The notes below the pieces were generated by a model. It made no database searches and was not told the DNA's origin. It saw only the letters and a program-made list of their open reading frames with translations. The position numbers and the translations under genes are program-made. From NCBI GenBank assembly GCA_019894975.1, contig JAGXNO010000040.1:1-33403 (forward strand): 33,403 nucleotides of DNA, given 5' to 3'. This DNA is from Promethearchaeota archaeon. GTDB lineage: Archaea > Asgardarchaeota > Lokiarchaeia > Sigyniarchaeales > SOKP01. Positions 9,692-20,589 of the stretch are shown one piece after another; position 1 is the first letter of the stretch; each line of letters opens with the position of its first letter.

Positions 9692-9838
9692 ACCATATCA
9701 ATCCTCTAGGTATATAATAAACTTTGATTAATTAAGAAGATTTTTTAATTCTATAATTAAAAAATTTCTATTTTAATCTTAGCTTTTAGAATAATTATAT
9801 TAAAAGAATTTTAAATAAAAGGATAATTGAAAAATAAT

Positions 9839-10600
9839 ATGCGCAAACTCAATTATGAATCAATAATTTCTAAAATTCAAGAATGGATAAACGACTACAG
9901 TAAGACTGCTAATGTGGAAGGTATTGTTGTTGGGATAAGTGGGGGTATTGATAGTGCGGTGACATCTGCCTTGTGCGCTAATGCAATAGGAAAAGAAAAC
10001 GTTATAGGATTAGGGTTACCTTGTTTTTCAAATCCCCAAGATTTAAATGATGCTAAAACTATTGCCAATATTTTGGGGATTAAATTAGTAGTACTAGATT
10101 TATCGAGTGTATTTAAAGAATATTTAAAGATCTCATCTCCTCAAATTACATCAAACTCGATGTCAGAAGCTAATTTAAAAGCTCGATTAAGGATGATGAG
10201 TTATTATTTTGTAGGACAATCATTAGGGAATTATCTAGTTGGAGGCACGGGAAATAGAACAGAAATTGCAATAGGTTATTTTACTAAATATGGAGATGGC
10301 GGAGTTGACTTTGAACCTATTGGTGGTCTTTATAAATGTGAAGTAAGAGAAATCGCGAAATTGTTAAACATCCCTAATAGGATAATTAATAAACCTCCAT
10401 CAGCAGGACTTTGGGATGGTCAAACAGATGAGGATGAAATTGGGATGAAATATGATCTTATAGACGAAATTCTATATAGATTAGATTATGATTTAGATTT
10501 AACTGGTTTTAATGAAAAAGATATCGAAAAAGTGCAAACCATGATGGAATCATCACGCCATAAATTAATGATGCCCCCAACATTTAGAATAAAAATTTGA
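9839..10600 (+). CDS. nadE: NH3-dependent NAD+ synthetase
   Basis: GISGGIDSAV, NLKARLRM, GTGNRTE, GYFTKYGDG and PPSAGLWDGQTDEDEIG motifs. Confidence 0.95.
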   Translation: MRKLNYESIISKIQEWINDYSKTANVEGIVVGISGGIDSAVTSALCANAIGKENVIGLGLPCFSNPQDLNDAKTIANILGIKLVVLDLSSVFKEYLKISSPQITSNSMSEANLKARLRMMSYYFVGQSLGNYLVGGTGNRTEIAIGYFTKYGDGGVDFEPIGGLYKCEVREIAKLLNIPNRIINKPPSAGLWDGQTDEDEIGMKYDLIDEILYRLDYDLDLTGFNEKDIEKVQTMMESSRHKLMMPPTFRIKI

Positions 10601-10606
10601 AGATCA

Positions 10607-12133
10607 TTACATACTTGCTATTATTCTTCTTATCCTGTTAATTCTGGAAGTGATTTTATCAAGCTTCTCTTTCAGATCATCACTCTGAGATTTATAGTCA
10701 AAATCATCTATAGAACCCATATTATAACTCTTTTCTATTTCTTTAAAACTCTTTTCTAGTGAATATCGTCTTCCTTCAAGAGCAATTAATTCTTGGTATA
10801 ATGTATCTTTATCTTTTGGTAAATCTTCTTCGGTATTAAACGAGGTTGATTCTTCTTTTTGAGTACTTACTTGAGGCGTATCAGCTCCAAAATTAACAAA
10901 TGAAACTGGATCTGCTTCCTTCTTCTTTTTTTTCTCTTCTTTCTTCTTTTTTTCTTTTACGGGTTCAAGGGTAGGGAATTCTTTAGTAGTTGAAGGTTTT
11001 TCAACGGGTTTTTTTCCAACTGAGGAAAAAACGTTAAACAACTCATTCCCGCTTGATTTAATTTCTTCAGTTTCGATTTCTTCGACACTCACAGGTTTAA
11101 TTGTAGATTTTATAGCACCAAAGGTTATTTCTTCTTGGTATTCAGGTTCTTCCTCAACAAGTGAAGCTTCGGTAATTATTGATGTCAGCTTTGAATCTTT
11201 GGATTTTTCTCTAGTACTTTTTGGATCTATTATGTTTAAGACAGTATCTTGTTCATCTAATATATCCAAGATTGACATAGAATCGGAGGATGAATCAAAT
11301 TTTATTTCTTGTTGATTTGTGTTTAGAGAAGGTTCTAACTCTTCAAGAATGTTTAATACGGATTTTGCTTCCTTTTGCATCTCATCGTATATTTTCGGCT
11401 TTCCTTCTATTGGAGGAGTGGGTTTTAATTTTTCAATCTCTTTTTCTATTTTTGCTTGAACATCTTCGATTGATTTTACTCCGATTATTTCTTTCGGTTT
11501 TTTAACTTCTGTTGTAGTAGGAGCCTTAATTTGCAGAGCTACATTAGGTTTCTTAACAACAGGTATTTTAATTTTTGGAGGAGGTAATTTCACGTCTCTC
11601 TTGGGAACAATTTTCTTTACAACTCTTTTTTGTGAGATTTGTTGAAGGTTCTCATCTTTAGCATCTAACTCATGTTTTAAAAAATCAATTTTTTGCTTAA
11701 GATCATCGATCTCACCCTTGAATTTGTCAGAAACTTGATCTACAATCTCACTTATATCAAATTTTACTGATTCTAAATCAGATTGTGCCTGTTTCATAAA
11801 TTCTTCCTGTTCCTCCGGTTCCTCCTGTTTTTTCTCAATAACAGGTAATTCTTCTATGATATTAATAATTTTTTTAATAAGGTCAGGTAACTCTGATTCT
11901 GTAAACCAAAGTTCAAGTGTGTCCCAATTCTCCAATTTAATGAAAGTATCTTCAAATAAACTCAGGTTGGAATTAACTTGAGGTATATTTAATTCAAGTA
12001 ATTTTTGAATTTCTTTAATCAGGCTTGATCGAGCCTCAATTTCCTCATCTGGACTCGGTTCCCCTTGAGTCAGTGACAGAAAAATCTCTTTTATTTCTTC
12101 AATTATTGCATTAAACCTGTCTTCTTCACTCAT
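10607..12133 (-). CDS. hypothetical coiled-coil protein with a long P/K/E-rich low-complexity linker
   Basis: 508-aa ORF with a helical N-terminus, a coiled coil at about aa 125-170, a disordered middle and a C-terminal helical hairpin. Confidence 0.75.
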   Translation of the reverse strand: MSEEDRFNAIIEEIKEIFLSLTQGEPSPDEEIEARSSLIKEIQKLLELNIPQVNSNLSLFEDTFIKLENWDTLELWFTESELPDLIKKIINIIEELPVIEKKQEEPEEQEEFMKQAQSDLESVKFDISEIVDQVSDKFKGEIDDLKQKIDFLKHELDAKDENLQQISQKRVVKKIVPKRDVKLPPPKIKIPVVKKPNVALQIKAPTTTEVKKPKEIIGVKSIEDVQAKIEKEIEKLKPTPPIEGKPKIYDEMQKEAKSVLNILEELEPSLNTNQQEIKFDSSSDSMSILDILDEQDTVLNIIDPKSTREKSKDSKLTSIITEASLVEEEPEYQEEITFGAIKSTIKPVSVEEIETEEIKSSGNELFNVFSSVGKKPVEKPSTTKEFPTLEPVKEKKKKEEKKKKKEADPVSFVNFGADTPQVSTQKEESTSFNTEEDLPKDKDTLYQELIALEGRRYSLEKSFKEIEKSYNMGSIDDFDYKSQSDDLKEKLDKITSRINRIRRIIASM

Positions 12134-12435
12134 AAAAGTTTACTTGATTTATGTATTTTAATTTTAAGCTAATTATTTTCTCTTTAAGATATTAAAAAAC
12201 TTATCACCAATATATTTTTTTGTGAAGTTCAAAATAATTATTGTTTATAAAACTGATTTAAGCTATTGTTCAATAATCACTTAATTCCAAAAATGTCGAA
12301 AATTTGGTTTGGTATATTAGAGTTTTTTAAATAAGTAATATTTCATTCGATATAGTAAAAATCGCTTCCCAAGAAAGGAGATGAGTTAATATTAGGAGTA
12401 ATAATCTAGACAAATCAAGGAAAAACAAGAAGTTC

Positions 12436-14268
12436 TTGCCATCTAGAGGGGATTATATTAAAGGATGGTTTTTTTCTCGTCATGTTATTAAGCGAATGCA
12501 GAGTGTGGCTGAGGAAGTTTTAGCGATAACTCCAGAATCGTATAAAAATGTTCCAATTTTGATTGAAAAATATGCTAAAGATTATCCGAATGATGCAGCA
12601 ATTCTTTTTGAAGATAAAATGTACACACATAAGGAATATAACGAATGGTGTAACCGTTTTGCTAATTATTTTCAAAATAAGGTAGGATTAAAAAAAGGGG
12701 ATATCGCTGTTGTTTTTATGACGAATAGACCTGAGATAATGTTTACAATATATGGATTATCTAAAATTGGAGTTGTTTCTTCTCTGATTAACACTAAACA
12801 AAGATCCAATCCACTTGTGTATAGTATTAACATCGATCCGGGAAAAGTCTTCATTATTGGTGAAGAATTAACAGAGGCTTTTGAAGAAGTTCGAGAGGAG
12901 CTTAAATTATCAGAAGAACAATCTAAGCATTTGTATTTTGTACCAGATACCGAGGAGATTCAAAAACCAGATGGATTTCAAAATTTATCTAATCTTATCA
13001 AAAATGAAGATACAACCAACCCCCCTACTTCAAAAACACTCCAGGCTAAAGATCCATATGCATATATCTTCACTAGTGGAACAACGGGTTTACCTAAAGC
13101 AGCGGTTATCACACATGGACATACCTATGGTTCAAGTATTTATTGGGGTGATACTGTAGTTGGATTTGAGCATAAAGATGTAATATACGTTACAACACCT
13201 CTTTTTCATTCTCATGCTATAAATGTGGCGTACGCAGCGTCATTAAGACATGGTTCTACTATCGCTATCCGTCGAAAATTTTCTGCTAGTAAATTCTGGG
13301 ATGATGCTATTAAGTTTAAAGCCACTTCTTTCAATTACATTGGAGAAATTTGCAGATACTTATATAATCAACCTGAAAAACCAACAGATCGAAAGCATTA
13401 TATTAAAAAAATTGTAGGAAATGGGCTTAGGAATGAAATGTGGAGGGATTTCAAGAAGAGGTTTGGAATTAAACAGATTTTTGAATTTTATGGTGCTACT
13501 GAAAGATTTGCTCCGAATTTTGCTAACCGTTTCAATTTAAATTGTACTGTTGGTTTCACTTTGAACCCATACGCTATAGTTAAATTTGATACCGATACAA
13601 ATGAACCAGTCAGAGATGAAAATGGCCATATGATAAGAGTAAAGGAAGGAGAAGCGGGGCTTTTAATCGGTCAAATAATTGCAGATGATGTTTTTATATA
13701 CACAAGTAAAAAAGCGGATGATAAGAAGATTTTCAGAAACGTGTTTGAGGAGGGAGATATGTATTTTAATAGTGGAGATCTGCTTAAAGAAATAGGGCAT
13801 TTTAAGAAGATTTATAATTTTGCTCAATTTGTAGATAGAATTGGAGATACATTTAGATGGAAAGGAGAAAATGTATCTACTGAAGAAGTGGAAGCAGTTA
13901 TTAATAAATTTAAGCAGATTGAAATGAGTTGTGCATATGGTGTATTATTACCTGATACCGAAGGCAGAGCTGGAATGGTTTCGCTTGTAACAAATTCACA
14001 TTCGAATGAGGATTTTAATTTTCCAGATTTTTATTCTATGCTTCAAGAAAAATTACCGGAATATGCTATACCTAAATTTATTCGTTTTGCGCTCGAATTG
14101 TATACAACAGCAACTCTTAAAATACAAAAGGGAGGCTTAAAAAGAGAAGGTTATGATATAACCAAACTCACTGATCCGTTATATGTTCTGTTACCTAATG
14201 ATTCTGGTTATACTCTTTTAACAGAAGAAATTTATACACAAATTTTGAATGCAAGTTATAATTTCTAG
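12436..14268 (+). CDS. FATP/very-long-chain acyl-CoA synthetase (FadD6/SLC27-like)
   Basis: YIFTSGTTGLPKAA, YIGEICRYL, EFYGATE and FVDRIGDTFRWKGENVST (FATP signature). Confidence 0.92.
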   Translation: MPSRGDYIKGWFFSRHVIKRMQSVAEEVLAITPESYKNVPILIEKYAKDYPNDAAILFEDKMYTHKEYNEWCNRFANYFQNKVGLKKGDIAVVFMTNRPEIMFTIYGLSKIGVVSSLINTKQRSNPLVYSINIDPGKVFIIGEELTEAFEEVREELKLSEEQSKHLYFVPDTEEIQKPDGFQNLSNLIKNEDTTNPPTSKTLQAKDPYAYIFTSGTTGLPKAAVITHGHTYGSSIYWGDTVVGFEHKDVIYVTTPLFHSHAINVAYAASLRHGSTIAIRRKFSASKFWDDAIKFKATSFNYIGEICRYLYNQPEKPTDRKHYIKKIVGNGLRNEMWRDFKKRFGIKQIFEFYGATERFAPNFANRFNLNCTVGFTLNPYAIVKFDTDTNEPVRDENGHMIRVKEGEAGLLIGQIIADDVFIYTSKKADDKKIFRNVFEEGDMYFNSGDLLKEIGHFKKIYNFAQFVDRIGDTFRWKGENVSTEEVEAVINKFKQIEMSCAYGVLLPDTEGRAGMVSLVTNSHSNEDFNFPDFYSMLQEKLPEYAIPKFIRFALELYTTATLKIQKGGLKREGYDITKLTDPLYVLLPNDSGYTLLTEEIYTQILNASYNF

Positions 14269-14328
14269 AATGCAAAATAAAAAGAGAAATAATCATTATT
14301 TACAATATAAACATAAATACATAGAAAA

Positions 14329-15207
14329 ATGATCACTACACAAAAATTTGGTAATACTGGGCATTTAAGTACCCGTACTATTTTCGGAGCTGCAGCACTA
14401 GGTAATGTGAGTCAAAATGACGCAGATAAAACCCTTGACGTACTTTTGAAATATGGAATTAACCATATAGACACAGCTGCAGGATACGGGGATTCAGAAC
14501 TACGTATCGGCCCTTGGATGGAGAAACATCGCGCTAAATTCTTCCTTGCTACTAAAGTATTTAGACGTCGCTATAACGAAACTCGTGAACAGATAGAACA
14601 GTCTCTTGAACGCTTGCAAGTCTCCTCAATAGATTTGATACAGCTACATAATCTAACAGATCCAAGAAGTTGGGATAGAGTGATGGGAGAGAATGGTGCT
14701 TTGAAGGCCCTGATTGAGGCCCGTGAACAAGGACTGGTAAAATACATTGGGGTAACAGGCCACGGCTACGGTGTTGCAGAAATTCACATACGTAGCCTTG
14801 AACGCTTCGAATTTGATTCAGTTTTATTACCATATAATTATATAATGATGCAAAATCCAAAATATGCTGCGGATTTTGAAAATCTCTTGAAAATTTGTCA
14901 AGATCGCGGGATAGCTTTCCAAACCATTAAATCTTTAGCACGTCGTCCATGGGGTAAAAAAGAAAAGAAATGGGATACGTGGTATGAACCATTAAAAGTC
15001 CAAACAAATATCGATCGTGTAGTTCATTGGGTTTTAAACAGGGAAGGAATTTTCCTTAATACAAGCTCAGATATTCGTCTATTACCTAAAATACTCGATG
15101 CTGCCAATCGTTTCGAAAAAGGTCCCCTCGATGAGGAAATGCAGAAAAAAGCCACCCAGCTTGATATGAAACCTATATTTGAAGGAAGAAATTTGCTTTT
15201 TGAATAA
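14329..15207 (+). CDS. aldo/keto reductase
   Basis: [33 protein letters not shown] and YIGVTGH motifs. Confidence 0.9.
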   Translation: MITTQKFGNTGHLSTRTIFGAAALGNVSQNDADKTLDVLLKYGINHIDTAAGYGDSELRIGPWMEKHRAKFFLATKVFRRRYNETREQIEQSLERLQVSSIDLIQLHNLTDPRSWDRVMGENGALKALIEAREQGLVKYIGVTGHGYGVAEIHIRSLERFEFDSVLLPYNYIMMQNPKYAADFENLLKICQDRGIAFQTIKSLARRPWGKKEKKWDTWYEPLKVQTNIDRVVHWVLNREGIFLNTSSDIRLLPKILDAANRFEKGPLDEEMQKKATQLDMKPIFEGRNLLFE

Positions 15208-15270
15208 TTATTTTATTAATTTTTAACATAAAGAATTATTAGTCTAAATTAAATATGGAATATTGATTAT

Positions 15271-16683
15271 ATGAACGAAGAGTACAAAGATTTTAAATTT
15301 GAGAAATGGTTCATTGAGAATCTTATGGAAGTTTACAGTTTAGAATCCAAGAAAAAAAATTTGATTTTTCAAGAATTCAAAAAATTCATCCCTCAAACAT
15401 CGATTAGACAATTTATTAAAGAAATTTCTAATAGAGTTAAGGTTTCTGAAGAGTTACTTCAATTTTTCTTTTGGCGGTCTTATGATATACATATCCTTGA
15501 ATTAGAATATAGTAAATCATTTGATAACTTCTTCAATAATGCTTTAAAGATGCCACTAATTAATGAATATCCTGAATTAAGCAAATCTATTGAGGATTTT
15601 GAAGATTTTAAAGAATTTTTCTCACAATTGCCAAATATCATTAATTTTGAATACTATAAAGTATTTACTTTAGAAGAAATCAATCAGATAAATATTGGTT
15701 TCTCTAACATTGTCAGTTTATATCTTTTTAAGATAAATGATAAACTCGTTTTGATTGATGCAGGGTGGTCTTTGCAATATTGGAAAAATTCGTTTTTTAA
15801 AGCTCTAGATGAATTAAAAGTTGCTCTTAAAGATATTGATTATTGTATTATTACTCATGAACATCCAGATCACATTGGCTTGGTTGCAGATTTAAAGAAA
15901 GCAAATCCAGAAGTAAAAATATGCTTACACAAAATGGCTCATGAGCTAGCAAAGCTAAGATTAGAATCTTTAAGAGAAGATGGCATAGAAGAAAGAATAA
16001 AGGATCGAGCAGATTTACTAATAAGATATGGCTTCGAAAAAGAGGAAGTAAACTTAATGACGCAACGATTTGGCAGAGGAGGGATGGGATTTGAATATAT
16101 TAAACCAGATCTATTACTTAACAATGATGACAGAATTGTAGATGGGGAATTGCAAATTGTGCATTCTCCTGGTCATTCAGTTGGCCATATATGTGTGCAT
16201 TATCCTAAAAAGGGAATCTTATTCTCTGGAGACCATATATTAAGCAAAATAACTCCACACTTGGGCACTCTGGTAATTCCAGGTGCAGAAGAGTTTAACA
16301 AAAAAAACAATTTTCAAAACATCTTAGAACATTATCTCAGATCTCTAGATATTATTGATGAGTTGAATTCAAGAATAATTTTACCGGGACATGAGCAAAT
16401 AATATATAACCCACATAAGCGTATAACCGCAATTAAAAATCACCATCAGAATCGGCTTTATGAGATATCTAGAATTATTCAAAATAGTCCGTTACCTCCA
16501 TTAGAGATTGCCCTTCAACACTTTGGAGAAGATTTGGACCAAATGAATAAGATCCTTGCAATTAGTGAAACTTTAGTTCATTTGGATTATTTAGAATTTC
16601 AGAATAAAGTTGAAAAAAAAGAAAAAGATGGTGTCCTATTTTATTGGTCTGAAGAACTATGGCAGAAAATCAAATATTCTTAG
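15271..16683 (+). CDS. MBL-fold metallo-hydrolase with a ~120-aa N-terminal extension and C-terminal wHTH
   Basis: LIDAG, THEHPDHIG, PGHSVGH, FSGDH and LPGH motifs. Confidence 0.85.
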   Translation: MNEEYKDFKFEKWFIENLMEVYSLESKKKNLIFQEFKKFIPQTSIRQFIKEISNRVKVSEELLQFFFWRSYDIHILELEYSKSFDNFFNNALKMPLINEYPELSKSIEDFEDFKEFFSQLPNIINFEYYKVFTLEEINQINIGFSNIVSLYLFKINDKLVLIDAGWSLQYWKNSFFKALDELKVALKDIDYCIITHEHPDHIGLVADLKKANPEVKICLHKMAHELAKLRLESLREDGIEERIKDRADLLIRYGFEKEEVNLMTQRFGRGGMGFEYIKPDLLLNNDDRIVDGELQIVHSPGHSVGHICVHYPKKGILFSGDHILSKITPHLGTLVIPGAEEFNKKNNFQNILEHYLRSLDIIDELNSRIILPGHEQIIYNPHKRITAIKNHHQNRLYEISRIIQNSPLPPLEIALQHFGEDLDQMNKILAISETLVHLDYLEFQNKVEKKEKDGVLFYWSEELWQKIKYS

Positions 16684-16697
16684 TTTTTGAATACTAA

Positions 16698-17570
16698 ATG
16701 AGGTTTAAAAGCTTTAAAAAATTATTTTTAATCATGAACGGTAAAAATAACTTTATGGATGTAAAAGATCCGGGTGTTGTTGCGATCACCGGTGCGAGTT
16801 CTGGAATTGGAGATTGCTTTGCTCGAATTCTGGCTTCTCAAGGTTTTGATTTAGTGATAACGGCACGGAGAAAAGAAAGATTAGAGTCTTTAGCTTCAGA
16901 ATTGAAGCAAAAGTATGGGATAAACGTTGAGACCATACCAGGTGATCTGTCTAAAGTTGAATTTATGAAAGAATTCGGATCTTATATTGAATCAATTGGA
17001 AACCTTGATGTTTTGGTAAATAATGCGGGATTTAGTACTGCTGAAGATTTTATAAGCAAAAACTCTGATATCGATGTTTTTATGAGGATGATTAACTTAC
17101 ATTGTAATGCAACAGCTTATCTAATGCATGCTGCTCTAATACCTATGCGGGAAAATGATAGAGGGGTAATTTTTAACATTTCTTCTACCGCATCACTAAT
17201 GTTACATGGGTCGAGAGAACCAATGTATCATTCAACAAAAGCATTTATTTCAGCCTTTACGGAGATGGTTCAACATAAGGTAAGTTATATAAAATCTAAT
17301 GTAAAGCTTAAAAGTATATGTCCGGGAATTACTCATTCGGAAATTTGGGGAGAAACGGGTTTAGCTGAACCAAATAAATTTGGTGGGCCTATGAGTCCCG
17401 AGGAAGTTGCAACTATATCTTTAGATTCATATCAAAACAACGATATCATAGTTATCACAGGAGACCATAATATCGAAGAAATTGTGGAATGGAAGGAAAT
17501 AACTTATAAAAAGCACGGCAGATACTTTTCTAAAAACTTCACAAAATCAGGATTGTATAAAAAATTATAA
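16698..17570 (+). CDS. short-chain dehydrogenase/reductase (start may be a downstream ATG)
   Basis: TGASSGIG, LVNNAG and YHSTK motifs. Confidence 0.9.
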   Translation: MRFKSFKKLFLIMNGKNNFMDVKDPGVVAITGASSGIGDCFARILASQGFDLVITARRKERLESLASELKQKYGINVETIPGDLSKVEFMKEFGSYIESIGNLDVLVNNAGFSTAEDFISKNSDIDVFMRMINLHCNATAYLMHAALIPMRENDRGVIFNISSTASLMLHGSREPMYHSTKAFISAFTEMVQHKVSYIKSNVKLKSICPGITHSEIWGETGLAEPNKFGGPMSPEEVATISLDSYQNNDIIVITGDHNIEEIVEWKEITYKKHGRYFSKNFTKSGLYKKL

Positions 17571-17619
17571 TTCTAATATTTTATTTTAAAAATATATAAG
17601 AACTCCAGAATGATTACTT

Positions 17620-18372
17620 TTGCCTGTTGAACCAAAAATAGCAGCGACGGTTGTTTTATTACGAAAACGAGTACCAGATTCAGATTTTGATGATGATTGT
17701 GAATTTGAAGTTTTCATGGGCAAAAGACATAAAAATCTAAGATTTATGAGTGAGCATCATGTGTTTCCTGGTGGTGGTCTTGATGAACAAGACTTAGCCG
17801 AAGAATCAAGAACAAGATTAGTCGGATTAGATGAAGAGGTCATTAGTAATCTAAAAGATATTTGTGAAGATCCAGCAAATCTTTGGATAATCGCAATCCG
17901 TGAATTATTTGAAGAAGCAGGGATTTTAATAGCTACGAATAAGACAGAAGATTCAATCGATTTAATTGAAAATAAGCCTAAGAAATTAAAAAAATATCAA
18001 AGAAGTCTTCAAAAAAAAAGAAAAACTATGACAAGTGTTCTCGTTAAAGAAAATCTTTATTATAATGCGAGTAATTTGAAATATTTTGGAAGATTGATAA
18101 CTCCTAAATTATCACCCATTAGATTTGATACTCAGTTTTTTTTGTGTGAGTTTCCTCAGAAGCAAAATATTAATTTATTCAGTGATGAATTAACTGAGGG
18201 CTTATGGGGATCTCCAAAACAATTGTTAAAACTATATAATGACAAGCAAATCAAATTGATATTTCCTCAATATTCTACACTTCAACGGTTAAATAAATTT
18301 AAAACCATTGAAGATGCATTTGAAAATTCAAAAGAAGTATCAAGTCGTAATCGATTGAAAGATTCTTTGTAA
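17620..18372 (+). CDS. Nudix hydrolase, NUDT19-like (acyl-CoA diphosphatase type)
   Basis: AATVVLLR, VFPGG, AIRELFEEAGIL and TP....RFDTQFF motifs. Confidence 0.85.
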   Translation: MPVEPKIAATVVLLRKRVPDSDFDDDCEFEVFMGKRHKNLRFMSEHHVFPGGGLDEQDLAEESRTRLVGLDEEVISNLKDICEDPANLWIIAIRELFEEAGILIATNKTEDSIDLIENKPKKLKKYQRSLQKKRKTMTSVLVKENLYYNASNLKYFGRLITPKLSPIRFDTQFFLCEFPQKQNINLFSDELTEGLWGSPKQLLKLYNDKQIKLIFPQYSTLQRLNKFKTIEDAFENSKEVSSRNRLKDSL

Positions 18373-18449
18373 AGATTTTTAAAATAAGAACAGGACTAAT
18401 TCCCATGAATTCTTTGTAATTCTCAAAGGAGATTTTTATAACTTTTCTC

Positions 18450-19286
18450 CTAGCCTGATATATCCACTTTAGATTCAAATCTGGCAATCAATTCATCAAT
18501 ACGACTGTAATCATCTATTGAAATAGAGATGGCTTTGTTTGGGCATACCCTCTCACAACGACCGCATCCCAAACAGTTTTTTTGATTAATCATTGCTTTA
18601 TTCTTTTTCATTTTCAATCCGGCATAGATACAAACTTTGAAACATTTCCCGCAACCATTACATTTATCCTGATCTACCCTTACTTCAACACCTTCCATTT
18701 TCTTTACCATCTTTCTTAAATCGGATGGACCATATTTGGTTAAACTCATTACGCAGCAACAACTACAGCAATGACATATATCCATGAATTCGTCCTCATA
18801 ATCCAGAACCCTATATATGCGTGCATCACTTCTGAATTTTCCTAAATGGGGAACCAGTCCATTTTCATAAGCCAAGCGCTCTCGCTCTAAAGCTTCTTCT
18901 TTAGTTGCAAGACGTGCTCCAGGCCATTTAGATCGATCTACTTTACTAGCCCCCTTCCCCATCCATGTGCAACCTAAGTGAACATCATGGTTCTTGCATT
19001 TATTAGCTGTGCGACAGGGACAATCTATCAAAAGAATAGTTCCTGCTTTCTCGATGAAGTATTCTACGACTTTACGTGGCACAATTTGATCCTCATAAGT
19101 ACCCAGAGATAAGTTGACAGGTATAGGTGACCCTGTTTGGTTCTCTACACCATCGGGGAACATCTTTTTTCTTAATTTTTGTTTAATTATAGGTAATTTG
19201 CCGTATTTAGCCTTTTTTTTCACTTTATTTGCCCATGGTGTGTCCATTTCAATTGGTTTTAGATCTAGTTTTCGTTTTTTCTTCAT
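18450..19286 (-). CDS. 4Fe-4S binding protein with a Cys-rich domain and C-terminal 2[4Fe-4S] ferredoxin
   Basis: CPCR, ICHCCSCCC, CNGCGKCFKVC and CLGCGRCERVCP motifs. Confidence 0.85.
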   Translation of the reverse strand: MKKKRKLDLKPIEMDTPWANKVKKKAKYGKLPIIKQKLRKKMFPDGVENQTGSPIPVNLSLGTYEDQIVPRKVVEYFIEKAGTILLIDCPCRTANKCKNHDVHLGCTWMGKGASKVDRSKWPGARLATKEEALERERLAYENGLVPHLGKFRSDARIYRVLDYEDEFMDICHCCSCCCVMSLTKYGPSDLRKMVKKMEGVEVRVDQDKCNGCGKCFKVCIYAGLKMKKNKAMINQKNCLGCGRCERVCPNKAISISIDDYSRIDELIARFESKVDISG

Positions 19287-19524
19287 TTAATCCCCTTTTT
19301 TCCAAAAATAAAAAATTGCTTAAATCCAATAAAAAGTAATATACAGATTTAATTTTAAAATTAATTAAGCTTACTTTTATTTGACAGAATTGCATTAAAT
19401 CTTTATTTATTTTCCCAATAGAGGATCGAGTATAATTGGACAATGAATAATTTAATCAAAATGACCTTTCCAATATTCTCTGAATTCTTTCGTATTAATC
19501 GCGTCAGGATAGGGGTAATCCTTA

Positions 19525-19552
19525 ATATCATCATTAAAATTAATGATGATAT
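19525..19552. repeat. perfect 13-bp inverted repeat at the M42 truncation point
   Basis: ATATCATCATTAA-AA-TTAATGATGATAT. Confidence 0.9.
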
Positions 19553-20105
19553 CATTTCAGAATATTCAATGGATAACTTGGTTGCATTAGCAGGTTTAGT
19601 CCAACTCACAGAAAAAATTGTGGATAACCTTCTTGATGAGTCTGGAACCCTTAAGAAGCACTTAGATTTGTATATTGTTGCAACAACACGAGAAGAAATT
19701 GGAACAGAAGGAGCGTTATTTTTTGCCAGAAACAATCCAATAGATGAGATAATCGCATTAGATGTTGGACTCGTTGAAGATTTTCCAGGAACAGTAAGTT
19801 CAGATATCAAACTGAATGAAGGACCAGTAATAATATGGCAAGAACAAGGTGGTGCTGGAATTTTTGATTATAAACTATGTGAAAAATTAGCTAATGTAGC
19901 AGAGCAAAATAATTTGAATTATCAAAACGCTGTAATGGAATTTTATGGATCTGATGCAGGAAAAGCCCAAAAATGGCTTGGTATTCCATCCACTTTAGTC
20001 GGGATTCCGATAATGTTTGCTCACAATATTCCTGAAATTAGCACCTTAAGTGGTATTGAAGCAGCTGCTGAATTAATTTACCAATATTTAAAAGGTCAAA
20101 GTTGA
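19540..20105 (+). pseudogene. M42-family (TET-like) aminopeptidase, C-terminal half only
   Basis: SMDN, TTREEIG..GA, IALDV, GSDAG and AH..PE motifs are present. The N-terminal AHxD motif and the dimerisation domain are absent. Confidence 0.75.
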
Positions 20106-20190
20106 ATAAGATAAGATTTTCCTAAGGATATAAGTCAAATTAGGAAAAATTAATAAATAATATTATTGAATGTAGCAATCTTCTAAGAGA

Positions 20191-20589
20191 TTAAACTCTA
20201 CGGCCCCTATGTCCACCCTTTCTCCTACAGTGGTCATGTGATTTAGGAGTCACTTCTTCAATCCGTCCTACTTGAAGGCCGGTTCGAGCGAGAGCACGAA
20301 TGCAAGCTTGAGCACCTGGTCCGGGAGTTTGGCTTCTATTCCCGCCCGGGGCTCGAACTTTGATATGAATTCCTTTAATTCCTTTATCTCGAAGGTCATT
20401 AGCTACTCTGAAGCCGCACTGCATTGCAGCATAAGGGGAAGATTCATCTCTACTGGCTTTCACTACCATTCCAGCAGTGCATTTTGCGAATGTTTCGGCA
20501 CCACTTAAATCAGTTGCAGTTACAATTGTGTTGTTATAACTTGAAAAGATATGAACAATTGCCCATCTAGTTTCTTCTCTCTTACTCAT
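20191..20589 (-). CDS. rps11: 30S ribosomal protein S11 (uS11)
   Basis: [25 protein letters not shown] and [11 protein letters not shown] (archaeal/eukaryal type). Confidence 0.97.
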   Translation of the reverse strand: MSKREETRWAIVHIFSSYNNTIVTATDLSGAETFAKCTAGMVVKASRDESSPYAAMQCGFRVANDLRDKGIKGIHIKVRAPGGNRSQTPGPGAQACIRALARTGLQVGRIEEVTPKSHDHCRRKGGHRGRRV

